Virus record (IMG/VR): IMGVR_UViG_3300047359_000671
Coordinates: 27,310 to 91,309 of that record
Direction: 5' to 3' (one strand)
Origin: a virus
Length of the DNA: 64,000 nucleotides
The notes below the pieces were generated by a model. The model was not told where the DNA came from and ran no database searches. It saw only the letters and a list, made by a program, of their open reading frames with translations. This document shows positions 11,786-22,946 of this stretch, piece after piece. The translations under genes were made by a program, and so were the position numbers. Positions within the stretch are counted from its first letter, which is position 1; each line of letters opens with the position of its first letter.

Positions 11786-11814
11786 TTGACAAGACTATTT
11801 TTTAATGATATAAT
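11786..11814 (+). promoter_or_regulatory. Sigma70-type early promoter
   Basis: TTGACA-N17-TATAAT with extended -10 TG, upstream of the 11840-13490 cassette. Confidence 0.85.
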
Positions 11815-11839
11815 ATCAAGCATAATATAGGAGAATATT

Positions 11840-12142
11840 GTGTCAAATGAAATACAACTGGATTTATTTCCAGAACTAGCAAAAGAAAGAGACTGGTTAA
11901 TTCCGAATGAATGGTCATTATCGCACGAATATACACATGAAGAAGTGTTAGATTTCGCAAACTTCAAGCACTATGATGATGTAGAGATTACAAAATATAC
12001 ATTCGAATCAGACCCAGAGTTATTGATTGCGCAGGAAACTATTAAATTACAAGAACTAACTATAGAAAATTTGAAAGAAAAAATCAGTTCATTAGAAGAA
12101 CAATTAAACAGCAAAGTACACCCAAACAGAATTAGATTTTAA
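11840..12142 (+). CDS. Hypothetical protein with C-terminal coiled coil
   Basis: GTG start with GGAG RBS; first gene after a strong promoter. Confidence 0.7.
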   Translation: MSNEIQLDLFPELAKERDWLIPNEWSLSHEYTHEEVLDFANFKHYDDVEITKYTFESDPELLIAQETIKLQELTIENLKEKISSLEEQLNSKVHPNRIRF

Positions 12143-12906
12143 TGAAAGTAGGAATTGTTGGTTCTAGTTATAGTGTAGGCATGCACTACAATCCAGACGG
12201 AGAAGACCCATTGGCGTTGCCATTTGAAAAGTGGTTGTATGAGCATACTGATGGTATAGAATTCTTTAACAGCGCATGTGCTGGTAAGGGAAGTGAATTA
12301 TACCTCAACAAACTAGTTTATTTAAAAGAAAAACATGATATTGATGCAATGCTTATTGAATTTGCTTGGCATAGGTCTAGTTTAAACTTTAGAGTTATGC
12401 AGGATTCATATACACAAATTCAAACTGAAACTGACTTATCAGTAATTGAAGATGATGTATACAGAGATAGCGCAAGTGCATGGGAGTATCTACGCTCAAT
12501 AACTCAACCAATGAACGAGCCCACCTTTGCAGTGGGTAATGATTTTGAAACATGGAAATCAGTACAATGGAATATAACTGCTATCGAAAATTCACAACAA
12601 TTTTGGGGATTATTAGACACATTACAAACAATTAATCTATGTAATATGTTAGGAGTTAAACCAATATTATGGAGTTTCTTTGCACACTTAGAAGATTTCC
12701 CAAGTTTTGAAAATCTAAAATCTAAAACTGAATGGATTCAGTTTAATGATAAAAGTAATGCAACTGCATACTATACAAATAAATATAGTAAAGAAGCAAT
12801 ATTATGTGACCATACACATTTTAATGATGAAACGAACAATGAAATGATTAGAGATTTCATTGCACCGAAGTTAACTACAATAAAGGAACAATTATGCCTA
12901 ACCTAG
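12142..12906 (+). CDS. Hypothetical protein, SGNH/GDSL-like fold
   Basis: N-terminal [18 protein letters not shown] and C-terminal DHTHF motifs resemble SGNH blocks. Confidence 0.5.
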   Translation: MKVGIVGSSYSVGMHYNPDGEDPLALPFEKWLYEHTDGIEFFNSACAGKGSELYLNKLVYLKEKHDIDAMLIEFAWHRSSLNFRVMQDSYTQIQTETDLSVIEDDVYRDSASAWEYLRSITQPMNEPTFAVGNDFETWKSVQWNITAIENSQQFWGLLDTLQTINLCNMLGVKPILWSFFAHLEDFPSFENLKSKTEWIQFNDKSNATAYYTNKYSKEAILCDHTHFNDETNNEMIRDFIAPKLTTIKEQLCLT

Positions 12907-13490
12907 TCCCAATGGTCATTGACCAATCAGCAAATGGCGAGAGAAGTTACGATATCTTTTCACGTTTGCTAAAAGAACGAGTTATATTTTTAACAAGTGA
13001 AGTTAATGATTATCAAGCAGATTTGATTTGCGCTCAACTATTATTTTTAGAAGCAGAAAACCCAGATAAAGATATTCATTTCTATATCAATTCGCCAGGT
13101 GGTGTAGTGACTTCTGGTATGGCAATTTATGACACAATGCAATTCATCAAACCAGATGTATCCACAACAGTCATGGGACAAGCATGTTCAATGGGGTCAT
13201 TACTTGCGCAGGCTGGTGCTAAAGGAAAACGATATGCATTACCAAATGCAAGACATATGGTTCATCAACCAAGCGGTGGTGCAGGCGGACAAGCAACTGA
13301 TATGCAAATTCAAGTTGATGAGATTCTTAAGATGAAGAAGAACTTAACTGAAATTTATGTTAAGCATAATTCTAAACGCAAAACTTTCAAACAATTAACA
13401 GAAGACATGGAACGTGATAAGTTTATGAGTGCTGAGGAATCGCTTGAGTACGGACTTATTGATAAGATTTTAACAGAAAGACCTGTTTAA
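12894..13490 (+). CDS. clpP: ATP-dependent Clp protease proteolytic subunit
   Basis: [29 protein letters not shown] (Ser), HQP (His), RDKFMSAEE (Asp). Confidence 0.97.
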   Translation: MPNLVPMVIDQSANGERSYDIFSRLLKERVIFLTSEVNDYQADLICAQLLFLEAENPDKDIHFYINSPGGVVTSGMAIYDTMQFIKPDVSTTVMGQACSMGSLLAQAGAKGKRYALPNARHMVHQPSGGAGGQATDMQIQVDEILKMKKNLTEIYVKHNSKRKTFKQLTEDMERDKFMSAEESLEYGLIDKILTERPV

Positions 13491-14128
13491 AATCCAGGAA
13501 CGTAACTAAACATCTTAGCAGTTTTAATTCTCATAACGGCGGCTTGTTCATCAACTCTGCCGTTATTTGTTTTTATATCTGCTTGTATTTCATCTGTTAC
13601 ATTGAACCAATCTTCTGCATTGATTAAGTCCATAACTGAACTGTTTTCGATTTTTGAAACGCCCAGATTAAAGAAATAGTATAGCATCGCATCATATTGT
13701 GGTTGTGCAAATCTAACATAATGTATGTATTTTTCTAGTATATTTCCAATATTTCTTAATTGTTTTTCTAAAATAAATGCCGCGGCATCTTTAGTTATTT
13801 TGTTTTGTGATATATCTATTCGTGTCGATGCAACAGTAATATAACCATATTTTAACTCAGTCTCAGAAATCTTATAGTTATACCCAATAATATTATCATC
13901 TGTTTTTGTTAATATTGGTGTATTGTCTTCGATAATTGCATCTTTACTTAGTGATGAAAAAGTAAGGTCTTCAAGCCTCTCTGTACTAACTTTTATATGA
14001 GAAAGTATATACGTGGGTTTATTGTTATCATCGTACCCAGTACCTAAGTAGGTACCGTACGGCGTTATCACATGCAACGGTAGTTGAATGTAATTTAACA
14101 ACGAGCCTTTCTTTTTATCAAAAATCAT
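13487..14128 (-). CDS. Divergent lysozyme-like (GH24-fold) virion protein
   Basis: [13 protein letters not shown] resembles the phage lysozyme Q.DAL..F.FN.G helix; catalytic N-terminal residues not evident; downstream of gp5-like gene. Confidence 0.5.
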   Translation of the reverse strand: MIFDKKKGSLLNYIQLPLHVITPYGTYLGTGYDDNNKPTYILSHIKVSTERLEDLTFSSLSKDAIIEDNTPILTKTDDNIIGYNYKISETELKYGYITVASTRIDISQNKITKDAAAFILEKQLRNIGNILEKYIHYVRFAQPQYDAMLYYFFNLGVSKIENSSVMDLINAEDWFNVTDEIQADIKTNNGRVDEQAAVMRIKTAKMFSYVPGF

Positions 14129-14138
14129 TTATTATCCT

Positions 14139-14345
14139 TTAACTTAATTTTCTTTTAATCCACAATACTAATGCATATACTACTAATGCATAGACTGTTG
14201 CTATCCCTACGTCTACTAAATGCTCACGCATATGATATATGAATTCTATGCCCGCTTGGACATCGCCTTCTGGTCCTGAACTTTCAACTATTACTGTTTT
14301 AGAAAAGTCTCCACCTACATCACCAACTGTTTGTTCCATTTCCAT
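14139..14345 (-). CDS. Small membrane protein
   Basis: AAAGGAGAAAG RBS; C-terminal hydrophobic helix followed by KRK. Confidence 0.65.
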   Translation of the reverse strand: MEMEQTVGDVGGDFSKTVIVESSGPEGDVQAGIEFIYHMREHLVDVGIATVYALVVYALVLWIKRKLS

Positions 14346-14366
14346 TACTTTCTCCTTTGATATTTA

Positions 14367-16184
14367 TTATACCATAATATTTGTTAACCAACTAGGTGAA
14401 TTTCTCAATCGTCCACCCGCACCCCATCTATTTGCTCCTGATGATGCTGTTGTGACACCAAGTGCAATATCAACATGGAATGTATTACCAGACATGTATC
14501 CCGGACCAGCACCAATACTTTTAGCGCCGGCGCCTTTCGCCGCCTCACAGAATGCAATAATTATTGCCAAGTCTGCTCTTTTATTTACACTCAAACGATT
14601 ACCATTACTATATAATGCAACATCAGCCGCATAACCACCATCATGTCTGGTAGACCCTGTTCTTCTAGTTCCTTGACCTTTAATATCTTGACCACCACTT
14701 GTAATTACAGCATCAACACCTGATGCTTTTGCGGCTGTATCTAATATACTCATTAATGCGGCTTGGATTGCTTTGTTTCTAGTCTTGCCTGCTGAACCAA
14801 TCTCATAACCATAAGTTACTACACCTGTACCTTGGCCTACTGCGCCAGGAGGAATATTACTTGTAATTGACTCTTGGTTTGCGGCTCCGCTGGCTCCACC
14901 CGAACTTGATGAGTTAGGAGCAATACTACCTGCTTGTGAATGAGGATTTGGTGTCCCGGCATCTGTTTGTGCTGTTCTTAAATAAGGCTCATGTGTAATT
15001 ATTTTAGGAATAATAGAGTCTTGTATCTGTGTATTCTCTCCATCTTGCATATCTTCTCTTGCATCTCTTTTAATTAATTGAGCAATTGAAGCCTGAGGTC
15101 CATTTAAATGCATAAGTCCGCCTGTAGATGCATACATGTTTTCTCCAATATTCATATGCAACGAACCTTTTGATTCTAAGAATGATGAACCTTCACTAAG
15201 AATATGTATTTGGTCATCTGAATTTAATAATGTATTACTCTTACTATGTATGTTTATTTTATCGCCTGCTTCTAAGTTAATATTCTTATCAGCACGTACA
15301 TTAAAATCTTTTTCTGTTCTCATGGACAATGAGCCTTTTGCATATACCATTACTTCACCAGAAGCACCAATCTCTAACCATCCAGTCCCGCTACTATTGA
15401 TTACGTATATAAAATCGTTTGTTCCATCAAGTACTACACTTGCGCCAGTACCAGTTGTCATTCTAATTTGATTTGGATGGACTGTACCATCATCACTCAC
15501 GCTACCATCATCAAATGTTAATGCAGAGCCTCCAGGTGTTTTTAGACCTGTAACTTTATTCTCTTGTGGTGTTTCGTAGTTCGCATCTCTATGCGGAGAA
15601 GCGGTAGACTTGCCTCTTTTATCATCAGTGTATATTCCTTGCTGTGCAGTGTTTGTGTTGAAGTCACTATTTGCTAACTTGTCTTTGTCTGCATAACTGT
15701 CACCTATAGATGGCGGTGTTACTTTTGCTGAAGATACTCCGACAAATGCACCTTGGCCAAGTCCTGTACCGTCATCTAGTGCTTCACCAGAAGCGGCGCC
15801 ACCTGCTACTACGTCTGGTATTTCTTGTGCGACTGCGAACCAATACCCCTTATTAACATCTCCTCCGTCTGCAAAGAAAACTAATATAGTAACATTTTCT
15901 CCATTAGGTACTCCAAAAAATCCGTAGTTTCCGCCTTCGCCTGCACCACCGAATGGGCTTGCATAATCAAAGAACTGTGGGTCTTCAGGATTGCCATTTA
16001 ATGCTGGAATATATGCGGCTAATCTGCCTCTGCCTTCAGGGTCAACATATGTTTCACCAGTTTTTGGATTAGTGAGAACGGTAACTGCCTGATAAATGCC
16101 CTTTCCTAACAACTCAATTATCGGCTGTTCTGAATGCTTTCCTGCTGAATCTAGTGCTTTTGTTAATCTGGATTTATTTAACAT
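14367..16184 (-). CDS. gp5: Baseplate central spike, gp5/VgrG-like, with C-terminal Zn-peptidase (M15-like) domain
   Basis: DPEGRGRL OB-fold start, beta-helix repeats (SLSMRTEKDFNVRADKNINLEAG), HEPY motif, C-terminal ITSG...RHDGGYAADV...FHVD. Confidence 0.75.
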   Translation of the reverse strand: MLNKSRLTKALDSAGKHSEQPIIELLGKGIYQAVTVLTNPKTGETYVDPEGRGRLAAYIPALNGNPEDPQFFDYASPFGGAGEGGNYGFFGVPNGENVTILVFFADGGDVNKGYWFAVAQEIPDVVAGGAASGEALDDGTGLGQGAFVGVSSAKVTPPSIGDSYADKDKLANSDFNTNTAQQGIYTDDKRGKSTASPHRDANYETPQENKVTGLKTPGGSALTFDDGSVSDDGTVHPNQIRMTTGTGASVVLDGTNDFIYVINSSGTGWLEIGASGEVMVYAKGSLSMRTEKDFNVRADKNINLEAGDKINIHSKSNTLLNSDDQIHILSEGSSFLESKGSLHMNIGENMYASTGGLMHLNGPQASIAQLIKRDAREDMQDGENTQIQDSIIPKIITHEPYLRTAQTDAGTPNPHSQAGSIAPNSSSSGGASGAANQESITSNIPPGAVGQGTGVVTYGYEIGSAGKTRNKAIQAALMSILDTAAKASGVDAVITSGGQDIKGQGTRRTGSTRHDGGYAADVALYSNGNRLSVNKRADLAIIIAFCEAAKGAGAKSIGAGPGYMSGNTFHVDIALGVTTASSGANRWGAGGRLRNSPSWLTNIMV

Positions 16185-16187
16185 GAA

Positions 16188-19100
16188 TTACCTCTTAATA
16201 TAAAATCTATCTGGTTGAATCTCTATAACTAGACCTTCACTTGTTTTTGCTTTTGCTTTTTCATTTGCTGTCTGTGGTGGGACCCCAACTTCGACATCTG
16301 GGAATAAGTCTGCGATATCAGTTTTCAATTTATCATAATCTCCCATACTTACAGGATATGAATCTGCACCATCACTTGAATTAAATCCAAAGTGTGCTGA
16401 TGGATTAGAAATAGTCTGTGTCAAACCATTTGCATCGACATATGTAATATCAGGAATATTATCAAAATCTCTAATTTGATATTGATACCCATCTTCTTCT
16501 GTCACTGTTACAAACGGTACATTATCTGTATGTGTCATCATGCCTTCGTATATTTTGTGTGCTTGTTGATACTGTTCAATCTGGTTAGATGACACTGGTA
16601 AATTACTATCTTCTAATTGTGATGGTAATATAATATTATGTGTATCAATTACTGCATCATCTTGTCCTGCTACGTGTCCATTCCAAGTTGTTTGTGCATC
16701 ATTGTCGGATGGGTCATGTTGGACAAGTACAGATATTTCTTCAACATCTACATTGCCACTGTCATTTAATGGTAATGTGTGTGCCGCTTCTGTAATAATA
16801 GTAGGTTTGGCTCCAGTTCCTTTGTCGATACTTGCAACTGTTGAAACTTTTGAAGATTCCATACCGTGCTGAATTGCTGACATCTCTGATTGTATTTCGA
16901 TTAATCTTTCTGTATCTCTGTCTCTACCCCACCAATTAAAATAAGTACCATCTAAGTCTTCTTTAAGTTCAGCCTCTTCAACCTTCAAGTCCATCATTCT
17001 TTGTTCGTATTCACGTGTCTTTACAGACTTATTCAGGTCACCTCTAAATCCAGTGGTCACTGCTTCATCTAATGTTATTATACCCTGTTCTAATTGTTTA
17101 ACTCTAGTATATTGTATTTCGGTTAAGTCATCTAATGTCTCCGAACCTTGCATAATATCATTAATTTCGTTCTGTATTGTTTCTCTTGCTTTTAATTCTT
17201 TTGCAGTATATGTTCCGGCTTCAACTTCTGGCAAATATAACGTTCTTCCTTGTGCTAGAACTGACGGAGGATAAATCCCTTCAGGAATGACGATTTTCTT
17301 ACTATCAGTGTCAAGTGATGTTTCTGCATTTACGACTTCAATCGAAGGGTCGCTCATAAGCGGGACATACCCTTCATTCAACAATCTTGCTGGGACTCCT
17401 CCCCAATCTGGGTATTCGACTGGTGCGATTATTTCATCTTGTACACTTTCGTCCTTATGAAAACCCAAATCTTCCAATGATACATCTGTTGGTAATACAA
17501 ATGCTTTACTTTGTGATTCTCTCGTTTCATCAAACTCATCGACTAGTGCTTGGTTGACACCAGTAATATTAAGAGGTGTACCGTATGCATCATTCAATAT
17601 CGAAACTACTTCAGGTGACATAGTAATATCTCCGTCTGCAATTTGTTCATTTATTTGTGCTTCGGCATCCGAAGCATCACCGTATATACGTCTTATATCG
17701 TTATAAGTTGTTTGTATAGCACTACACGCCGCTACTTCACCTACTTTGCAAAGTCCATCTAGTTGTCCCAAAGTAAATGCTAATTGCTTGGCATCGGCAG
17801 CCGATGCGCCATTTCCATTGCCATCGGTAGAAGCATCAATAAAGACATTCTTTGCACCCATATTTGCAATATTCATAGATGTGTAAGACTCATCTGCATC
17901 TATCACATTTAGCGTTTCAGTTTCAGTAGTTGTACTATTTTCAACGATAACTCCGTTTTCAGTCCTTATAGTTGAATTAGTTCGTGTTATTGTGACTTCA
18001 CCTTTGTTACCTGCACCTACAGGTTTTTCAATTGCATTGAAGTCGCTTTTTTCTTCTTCTGTTTCACCACCTAGTACCATACCAGCAGTGTTCAAATATG
18101 TTCTTCCAGGATAATGACCGAATGCGGTAGTGTAGTTTGTTTGGATTTTTGCTGGTTCTTCAATTTCCCCACCGATAAGATAATTCATATCTTCAAATTG
18201 TTCTGCCGCAGTAAATTTAGATAATTCTAAATTCTGCGTAAACTGTCCTCCACTAAACTGTGACGTTATATTATTTACAGTATATAAACTAGATATAAAT
18301 TGAGATAATATAGGATTACCAAATTCATCAGTACCTTCAGTAACATCTGACCTCACGATACAACCGTTGATTCCATTTAATGATGTTAAAATTTGTAGTT
18401 CAGTGTCAGTGCCTTGTTCTCCAAAATGTTCTTTTATTTTTGCAGGCCTGCCGATATATCCTTCAATCCAATAAGGGTCACCTTTAATAGACATGTCTGC
18501 ATTAATCATACTAGTACTCATACCAATCCTTGACTCATAATATTTTTCTCTTGCAATTTCTACGTTTTCAATATCTGTAGATTTTATGACTGATAGTTTT
18601 CTTGGGTCAGCATATGCTTTTGTTATTCTATTGAATACTACTGGATTGTTTAATTGTGTTGCCAAAATAGAATTAAACGTTGATGTTTCTAATTTAGATA
18701 TAACATCATTATCTATATCTTCAACTAATAAAATAGGATTACTCGAACTAGCACGTCTGACTACACCAGCAGTTACTAAATTTCTATCTGCAACATCTAA
18801 TGGGGTATTACCACTAAGTTGAGTTGCTATTACATCTTGGTATACTTGGTCTACTTCTGCAAGTAACTGTCGTTCTCTAGCCCTTGCCGATTCATCTTCC
18901 GCCTGAATTTTGTCTAATGCTTCGTGTAATGCTGTTAATCTTTCTTTTCTTTCAGGTGTAAATACTGCTTCTTCGCCTTGAGCAAATAACTGAAGTTTTT
19001 CATCACCGTTCTTAGTTGCTAATATATCACCTGCTTCTTTCAGCGTCATGCCTTGAGATGATGCCCACTGTGCTGTCATGTCATCGGTTAATGACATAAT

Positions 19101-21065
19101 TTCATCGCTTACTTGGTCAACTTGACCTTGAATACCTGTTTGTATTTCAACTGCTTGATTATATTCTTGTTCTATATCATTAATAATTTGTAGATTACTA
19201 TCGTCTATTGCAATTCTGGCACCTGAACCTTGTTTAACAAATGCTTCATACATAAACGCATCTGCTGGTTGAACATACAGTTTTGTTAATTTGTTATTCA
19301 TAGAAATATTAAAATCAAGTATTTGGTCATTCTTACCAGTGTATTGATAATTGTAAATCTTGTTAACATGATTTTTACTAAAATAATCTATAACTTGTTG
19401 TTTGTTTTTTGTATACTTGTTAACTTGGTCTAGTTTGTTTTGTACTACTTCTCTATAATCATATGAAAAGAAATACTCAATATCATATGCGTATGAACCA
19501 GCAACAGAGTTCCAGCCATTTTGTTTTGGAATCAAATGTGGTGTAATTTTAAAACATTTTGTAAACTCTGCTTGTTCTTTTATGAGTTCATCTTTTACTA
19601 AATTAGATTTGATGGTAATGTCTTGTAGAATGTTATATATTCCCATTCCAGGAGAAACTGTTCCTATCTGTTCAGAAGAATTATTACCACTTGACGAAAA
19701 CTCAACACGCATATTTCTATTTGTATATTCTGACCCACCTTTCATCATTCCACTTGCAAAAGAATTTTTAAAATCTTCTGACATAGACCATGTATACTCA
19801 TTACATAAGTTCTTCCCTAGCCCAGGTCTTGACTTCTTGTAATTGTTATTTAATTCGGTAAAAAAAGTATCTAGGGTTTCTTGTAATGTATCTCCAACTT
19901 TAAATGTGAATGGATAAGAACACGTACTTACATCATGGTCATATATCGCTTCGTCTGAGAATATTCTACCAGTTAACGTTGTTGAAGTTCCTCTTTCATC
20001 TGTTGTTGTTGGGACATCACGCAGTTTATCTATTTTGAATGGAAAAACTTTAGTTGCTTTAAGTTTTTCTTGTTTCCCATAAGAATCATAACCTATAAAG
20101 TTTACTTTCATAAACCATGTAGCAGTACCTATTGATTGGTATCCCATTAAGACTAGAGCGTTCTGTAGATTATCTGTTAAACTTGTTTCTCCTACCTGCA
20201 CTATTTCAAACTGCAAAGATGTGGCTGTACCTGCCATTCTGCTATTAGTAGCATTACCTACACCAATAGATTGTACTTGTAATCCATCAATATTAAATTC
20301 AGTAGATACACCAGTCTTTGCTATTGTTATTTTATTAATTCCATTACTAGGCCATGCATCACTTGATATTTCTTCAACATTGAATCCTTCAGAAGCGTGA
20401 AACTTTCTTTCCTCTATTATGTCTACACAAAAGAATTCTAATATATATGTGTAGTTAGAAAATCTATCTAATTTATTTTCAAGGAAATTCCAGTTCTGAG
20501 TTATGTCATCTAATGATGTTGCTTTTCTTAATACTTGATGCGTGTCAGTAAGTCCTTCACTAGTTGTCAGTGTTTTTATTTCTTCTAAGTTGTTTCGAGC
20601 CGCAATGTTATCTTCAATAATATCTTCAATTTCTTCTTCTCGTATACTTGCTATCTGGGCTAGTTTTTTGCCTGTATTAAGTACTGCATCATTCCAATAA
20701 TTATCTGCTCCTTTTGTACCACGTACTTTTGCATACGCAGGTATAAACGTATTAGTAAAACTGTCAAGGTCTTCTGGGATAATAACATCATTTGGGCCGA
20801 TGCCCATTGCTTTTGATACTAAAATAATATCGTCATCTCTACTTCCAGATGGAATATCAACTGATTCAACGATACCTGTAATTGTAGTTTTGCCAGAATT
20901 ATATAAATCAGTTATTGTTTGCCTTGCCGCAACAACTCCGTGTTCTGGTGAACTAAATCTAATATATGTACCAGCAGTACCGGTCGTACCGTCGAAAGGT
21001 ATATCAGAACTCCTAATCATCATAGGATTATTATAAATTTGATTTAGTGGTTGACCCGCCGCCAT
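16188..21065 (-). CDS. Large baseplate hub protein (gp27-like) with N-terminal lysozyme-like segment
   Basis: 1625 aa between gp53 and gp5; YNYQYTGKNDQILDF, IKGDPYW, F..GQFTQNL motifs; N-terminal NNP..IR...F.SPEHG..A. Confidence 0.6.
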   Translation of the reverse strand: MAAGQPLNQIYNNPMMIRSSDIPFDGTTGTAGTYIRFSSPEHGVVAARQTITDLYNSGKTTITGIVESVDIPSGSRDDDIILVSKAMGIGPNDVIIPEDLDSFTNTFIPAYAKVRGTKGADNYWNDAVLNTGKKLAQIASIREEEIEDIIEDNIAARNNLEEIKTLTTSEGLTDTHQVLRKATSLDDITQNWNFLENKLDRFSNYTYILEFFCVDIIEERKFHASEGFNVEEISSDAWPSNGINKITIAKTGVSTEFNIDGLQVQSIGVGNATNSRMAGTATSLQFEIVQVGETSLTDNLQNALVLMGYQSIGTATWFMKVNFIGYDSYGKQEKLKATKVFPFKIDKLRDVPTTTDERGTSTTLTGRIFSDEAIYDHDVSTCSYPFTFKVGDTLQETLDTFFTELNNNYKKSRPGLGKNLCNEYTWSMSEDFKNSFASGMMKGGSEYTNRNMRVEFSSSGNNSSEQIGTVSPGMGIYNILQDITIKSNLVKDELIKEQAEFTKCFKITPHLIPKQNGWNSVAGSYAYDIEYFFSYDYREVVQNKLDQVNKYTKNKQQVIDYFSKNHVNKIYNYQYTGKNDQILDFNISMNNKLTKLYVQPADAFMYEAFVKQGSGARIAIDDSNLQIINDIEQEYNQAVEIQTGIQGQVDQVSDEIMSLTDDMTAQWASSQGMTLKEAGDILATKNGDEKLQLFAQGEEAVFTPERKERLTALHEALDKIQAEDESARARERQLLAEVDQVYQDVIATQLSGNTPLDVADRNLVTAGVVRRASSSNPILLVEDIDNDVISKLETSTFNSILATQLNNPVVFNRITKAYADPRKLSVIKSTDIENVEIAREKYYESRIGMSTSMINADMSIKGDPYWIEGYIGRPAKIKEHFGEQGTDTELQILTSLNGINGCIVRSDVTEGTDEFGNPILSQFISSLYTVNNITSQFSGGQFTQNLELSKFTAAEQFEDMNYLIGGEIEEPAKIQTNYTTAFGHYPGRTYLNTAGMVLGGETEEEKSDFNAIEKPVGAGNKGEVTITRTNSTIRTENGVIVENSTTTETETLNVIDADESYTSMNIANMGAKNVFIDASTDGNGNGASAADAKQLAFTLGQLDGLCKVGEVAACSAIQTTYNDIRRIYGDASDAEAQINEQIADGDITMSPEVVSILNDAYGTPLNITGVNQALVDEFDETRESQSKAFVLPTDVSLEDLGFHKDESVQDEIIAPVEYPDWGGVPARLLNEGYVPLMSDPSIEVVNAETSLDTDSKKIVIPEGIYPPSVLAQGRTLYLPEVEAGTYTAKELKARETIQNEINDIMQGSETLDDLTEIQYTRVKQLEQGIITLDEAVTTGFRGDLNKSVKTREYEQRMMDLKVEEAELKEDLDGTYFNWWGRDRDTERLIEIQSEMSAIQHGMESSKVSTVASIDKGTGAKPTIITEAAHTLPLNDSGNVDVEEISVLVQHDPSDNDAQTTWNGHVAGQDDAVIDTHNIILPSQLEDSNLPVSSNQIEQYQQAHKIYEGMMTHTDNVPFVTVTEEDGYQYQIRDFDNIPDITYVDANGLTQTISNPSAHFGFNSSDGADSYPVSMGDYDKLKTDIADLFPDVEVGVPPQTANEKAKAKTSEGLVIEIQPDRFYIKR

Positions 21066-21066
21066 G

Positions 21067-21366
21067 TTACTTCATCCCATCGATATTTGTTTTGCTAGGT
21101 ATTTTGATTGTTTTGCCAACTGAGAAATCTCTTATTGGGTCTTTGATAATGTCTGGGTTTCTTTGTGCAAACACCCACCAATACTTTGCAGTTCCATATA
21201 ATTCATAACTGCATAAATCAGGACGTTCATCAAAGTTTTGTGGTATGATATAATCTTCGTCATATGGGTCTTTAAATATAAAACGCTTTTTAAGTATATC
21301 TAAAACTTGATTGTTGATAATTGGAGTTTTACTCCAAGGTGATTTAATATCATACATAACCGTCAT
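21067..21366 (-). CDS. gp53: Baseplate wedge protein gp53-like (LysM-type)
   Basis: ERPDLCSYELYGTAKYWWVFAQRNP signature. Confidence 0.85.
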   Translation of the reverse strand: MTVMYDIKSPWSKTPIINNQVLDILKKRFIFKDPYDEDYIIPQNFDERPDLCSYELYGTAKYWWVFAQRNPDIIKDPIRDFSVGKTIKIPSKTNIDGMK

Positions 21367-21937
21367 TCCTTAATTTGCCTTGCATATAATCTCTAACACT
21401 AAAATTCTCTCTAACATCTTTAGGAGCATATGTAGTTGATAATGATAATACAAATGTGTTCATTACAGGTATTCGTACAATTCCTCCTGTAGACTTAGAG
21501 TTGTATTCTAAGTAGTCAATATCCGAATCTAAGTTCCATGCAAAATCTCTTATCATACATGGTACTGCTGTATATAATCCATGTGCATAAAAACGCAACA
21601 CAGGAGGTGGGAGTCCAGGACTACTATCTTGACCGAAATTCATTTTCATAGCACTTCTAACCCACAATCCTGCCTTTACTATATACTCTGCTTGTTCTTC
21701 ACTTCGTACTACCATAGGCGCAGTAATGTTAATTTCAACGTTTTGTCCACTTTCAAATGCACGTTGTTGAAAGTTATTATGAGTAAGTGCATATTCTGAA
21801 TAGTTTGCACCTTGCATCGATGATACAGTAGGAGTGTACGGAAAGTTTAGTATATTATCTTTCAGACCAGCCAAAGAAAGTCTGCCACTTGGGTCCCAGA
21901 GTCTAACTGGTTGTTTAGTTTCATATGGATTTGCCAT
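21350..21937 (-). CDS. Baseplate-tail tube junction/initiator protein (gp48/gp54-like)
   Basis: FPYTP and G.PPPVLRF..HG motifs; first gene of a baseplate operon. Confidence 0.6.
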   Translation of the reverse strand: MANPYETKQPVRLWDPSGRLSLAGLKDNILNFPYTPTVSSMQGANYSEYALTHNNFQQRAFESGQNVEINITAPMVVRSEEQAEYIVKAGLWVRSAMKMNFGQDSSPGLPPPVLRFYAHGLYTAVPCMIRDFAWNLDSDIDYLEYNSKSTGGIVRIPVMNTFVLSLSTTYAPKDVRENFSVRDYMQGKLRNDGYV

Positions 21938-21962
21938 GAATCTCTCCTAGTAAATTATAACA

Positions 21963-21991
21963 GTATTTATCGCCACATTAACTACGAACTT
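21963..21991 (-). promoter_or_regulatory. Late promoter GATAAATA with upstream operator AAGTTCGTAGTTAA
   Basis: Late box at 21964-21971; operator at 21978-21991. Confidence 0.7.
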
Positions 21992-21996
21992 TTTAA

Positions 21997-22051
21997 GATA
22001 AATACTATAAAGAAGAAAGGACTTGACATTGAGTTTTAAATAGTGTAATAT
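21997..22051 (+). promoter_or_regulatory. Late promoter (GATAAATA) plus sigma70 promoter for the gp55 operon
   Basis: GATAAATA at 21997-22004; TTGACA (22023-22028)-N17-TAATAT. Confidence 0.65.
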
Positions 22052-22076
22052 AGTACTAATTCAGGAGAAATAAACT

Positions 22077-22946
22077 ATGGCAAGAAGACAAAACTATCTT
22101 AATAATAAAGATATGTTAAAACAAATTCACATTTCAAAGGCAAACTATTCATGGTTTGTTGACCGAGAGATGCATCATCAACATGATATTATCTTGTATA
22201 GTACAGACGAAATTTCAGAATCCGTCGAACAAGCAAGACAAAATCGTGCAGACAGATTGCAGAAACTGGCTTGGGATGCGAATGAAGATAAAAAGAAGAA
22301 ACAAGTAGATTTTTTAGTAGACCCTACTTCTTTCTCAGAAGAACAAATAGTATTCAGAGTTATGACTTTCGAACATATTCCAGATGAGCCTGGAAGAAAG
22401 CAGAACCCAAAAACTATTGCAGACACTAAAGTTAAACTAAATTTCCCACCATTCAAACACTACACTTATGTAGATGGCGTTATTAAAGAAGTGGGATATT
22501 CGCATCACAACAGCGATAAAGAATTTGATTTAAGAACAGGTAAAATTACAGCGACATTGGCAAACATGTACATCAAACTAGTAGAACGTTATTCACAACG
22601 TGCTAACTGGCGTGGTTACACATACATTGATGAAATGCGTGGACAAGCATTGTTACAATTGACACAGATTGGTCTTCAATTTAATGAAGATAAATCAGAT
22701 AACCCATTTGCATATTACACAGCCGCAGTAAACAATTCATTTACACGTGTTCTAAACATTGAAAAGAAAAATCAAGGTATCAGGGACGACTTGCTAGAAA
22801 AAGCAGGTCAGGCACCGAGTTGGACTAGACAATTAGAACATGAGATGAAATCACAAGAACGTTGGCAAAAAGTCATTAAGGCTAAGATTACCGATGATGT
22901 GATACCTACTGAAACAATCAAAGAGATTTACGCTGATAATGACTAA
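22077..22946 (+). CDS. gp55: Late-transcription RNA polymerase sigma factor
   Basis: NYLNNKD, NWRGYTYIDEM, F..DKSDNPFAYYT motifs; upstream of gp47/gp46 as in T4. Confidence 0.9.
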   Translation: MARRQNYLNNKDMLKQIHISKANYSWFVDREMHHQHDIILYSTDEISESVEQARQNRADRLQKLAWDANEDKKKKQVDFLVDPTSFSEEQIVFRVMTFEHIPDEPGRKQNPKTIADTKVKLNFPPFKHYTYVDGVIKEVGYSHHNSDKEFDLRTGKITATLANMYIKLVERYSQRANWRGYTYIDEMRGQALLQLTQIGLQFNEDKSDNPFAYYTAAVNNSFTRVLNIEKKNQGIRDDLLEKAGQAPSWTRQLEHEMKSQERWQKVIKAKITDDVIPTETIKEIYADND

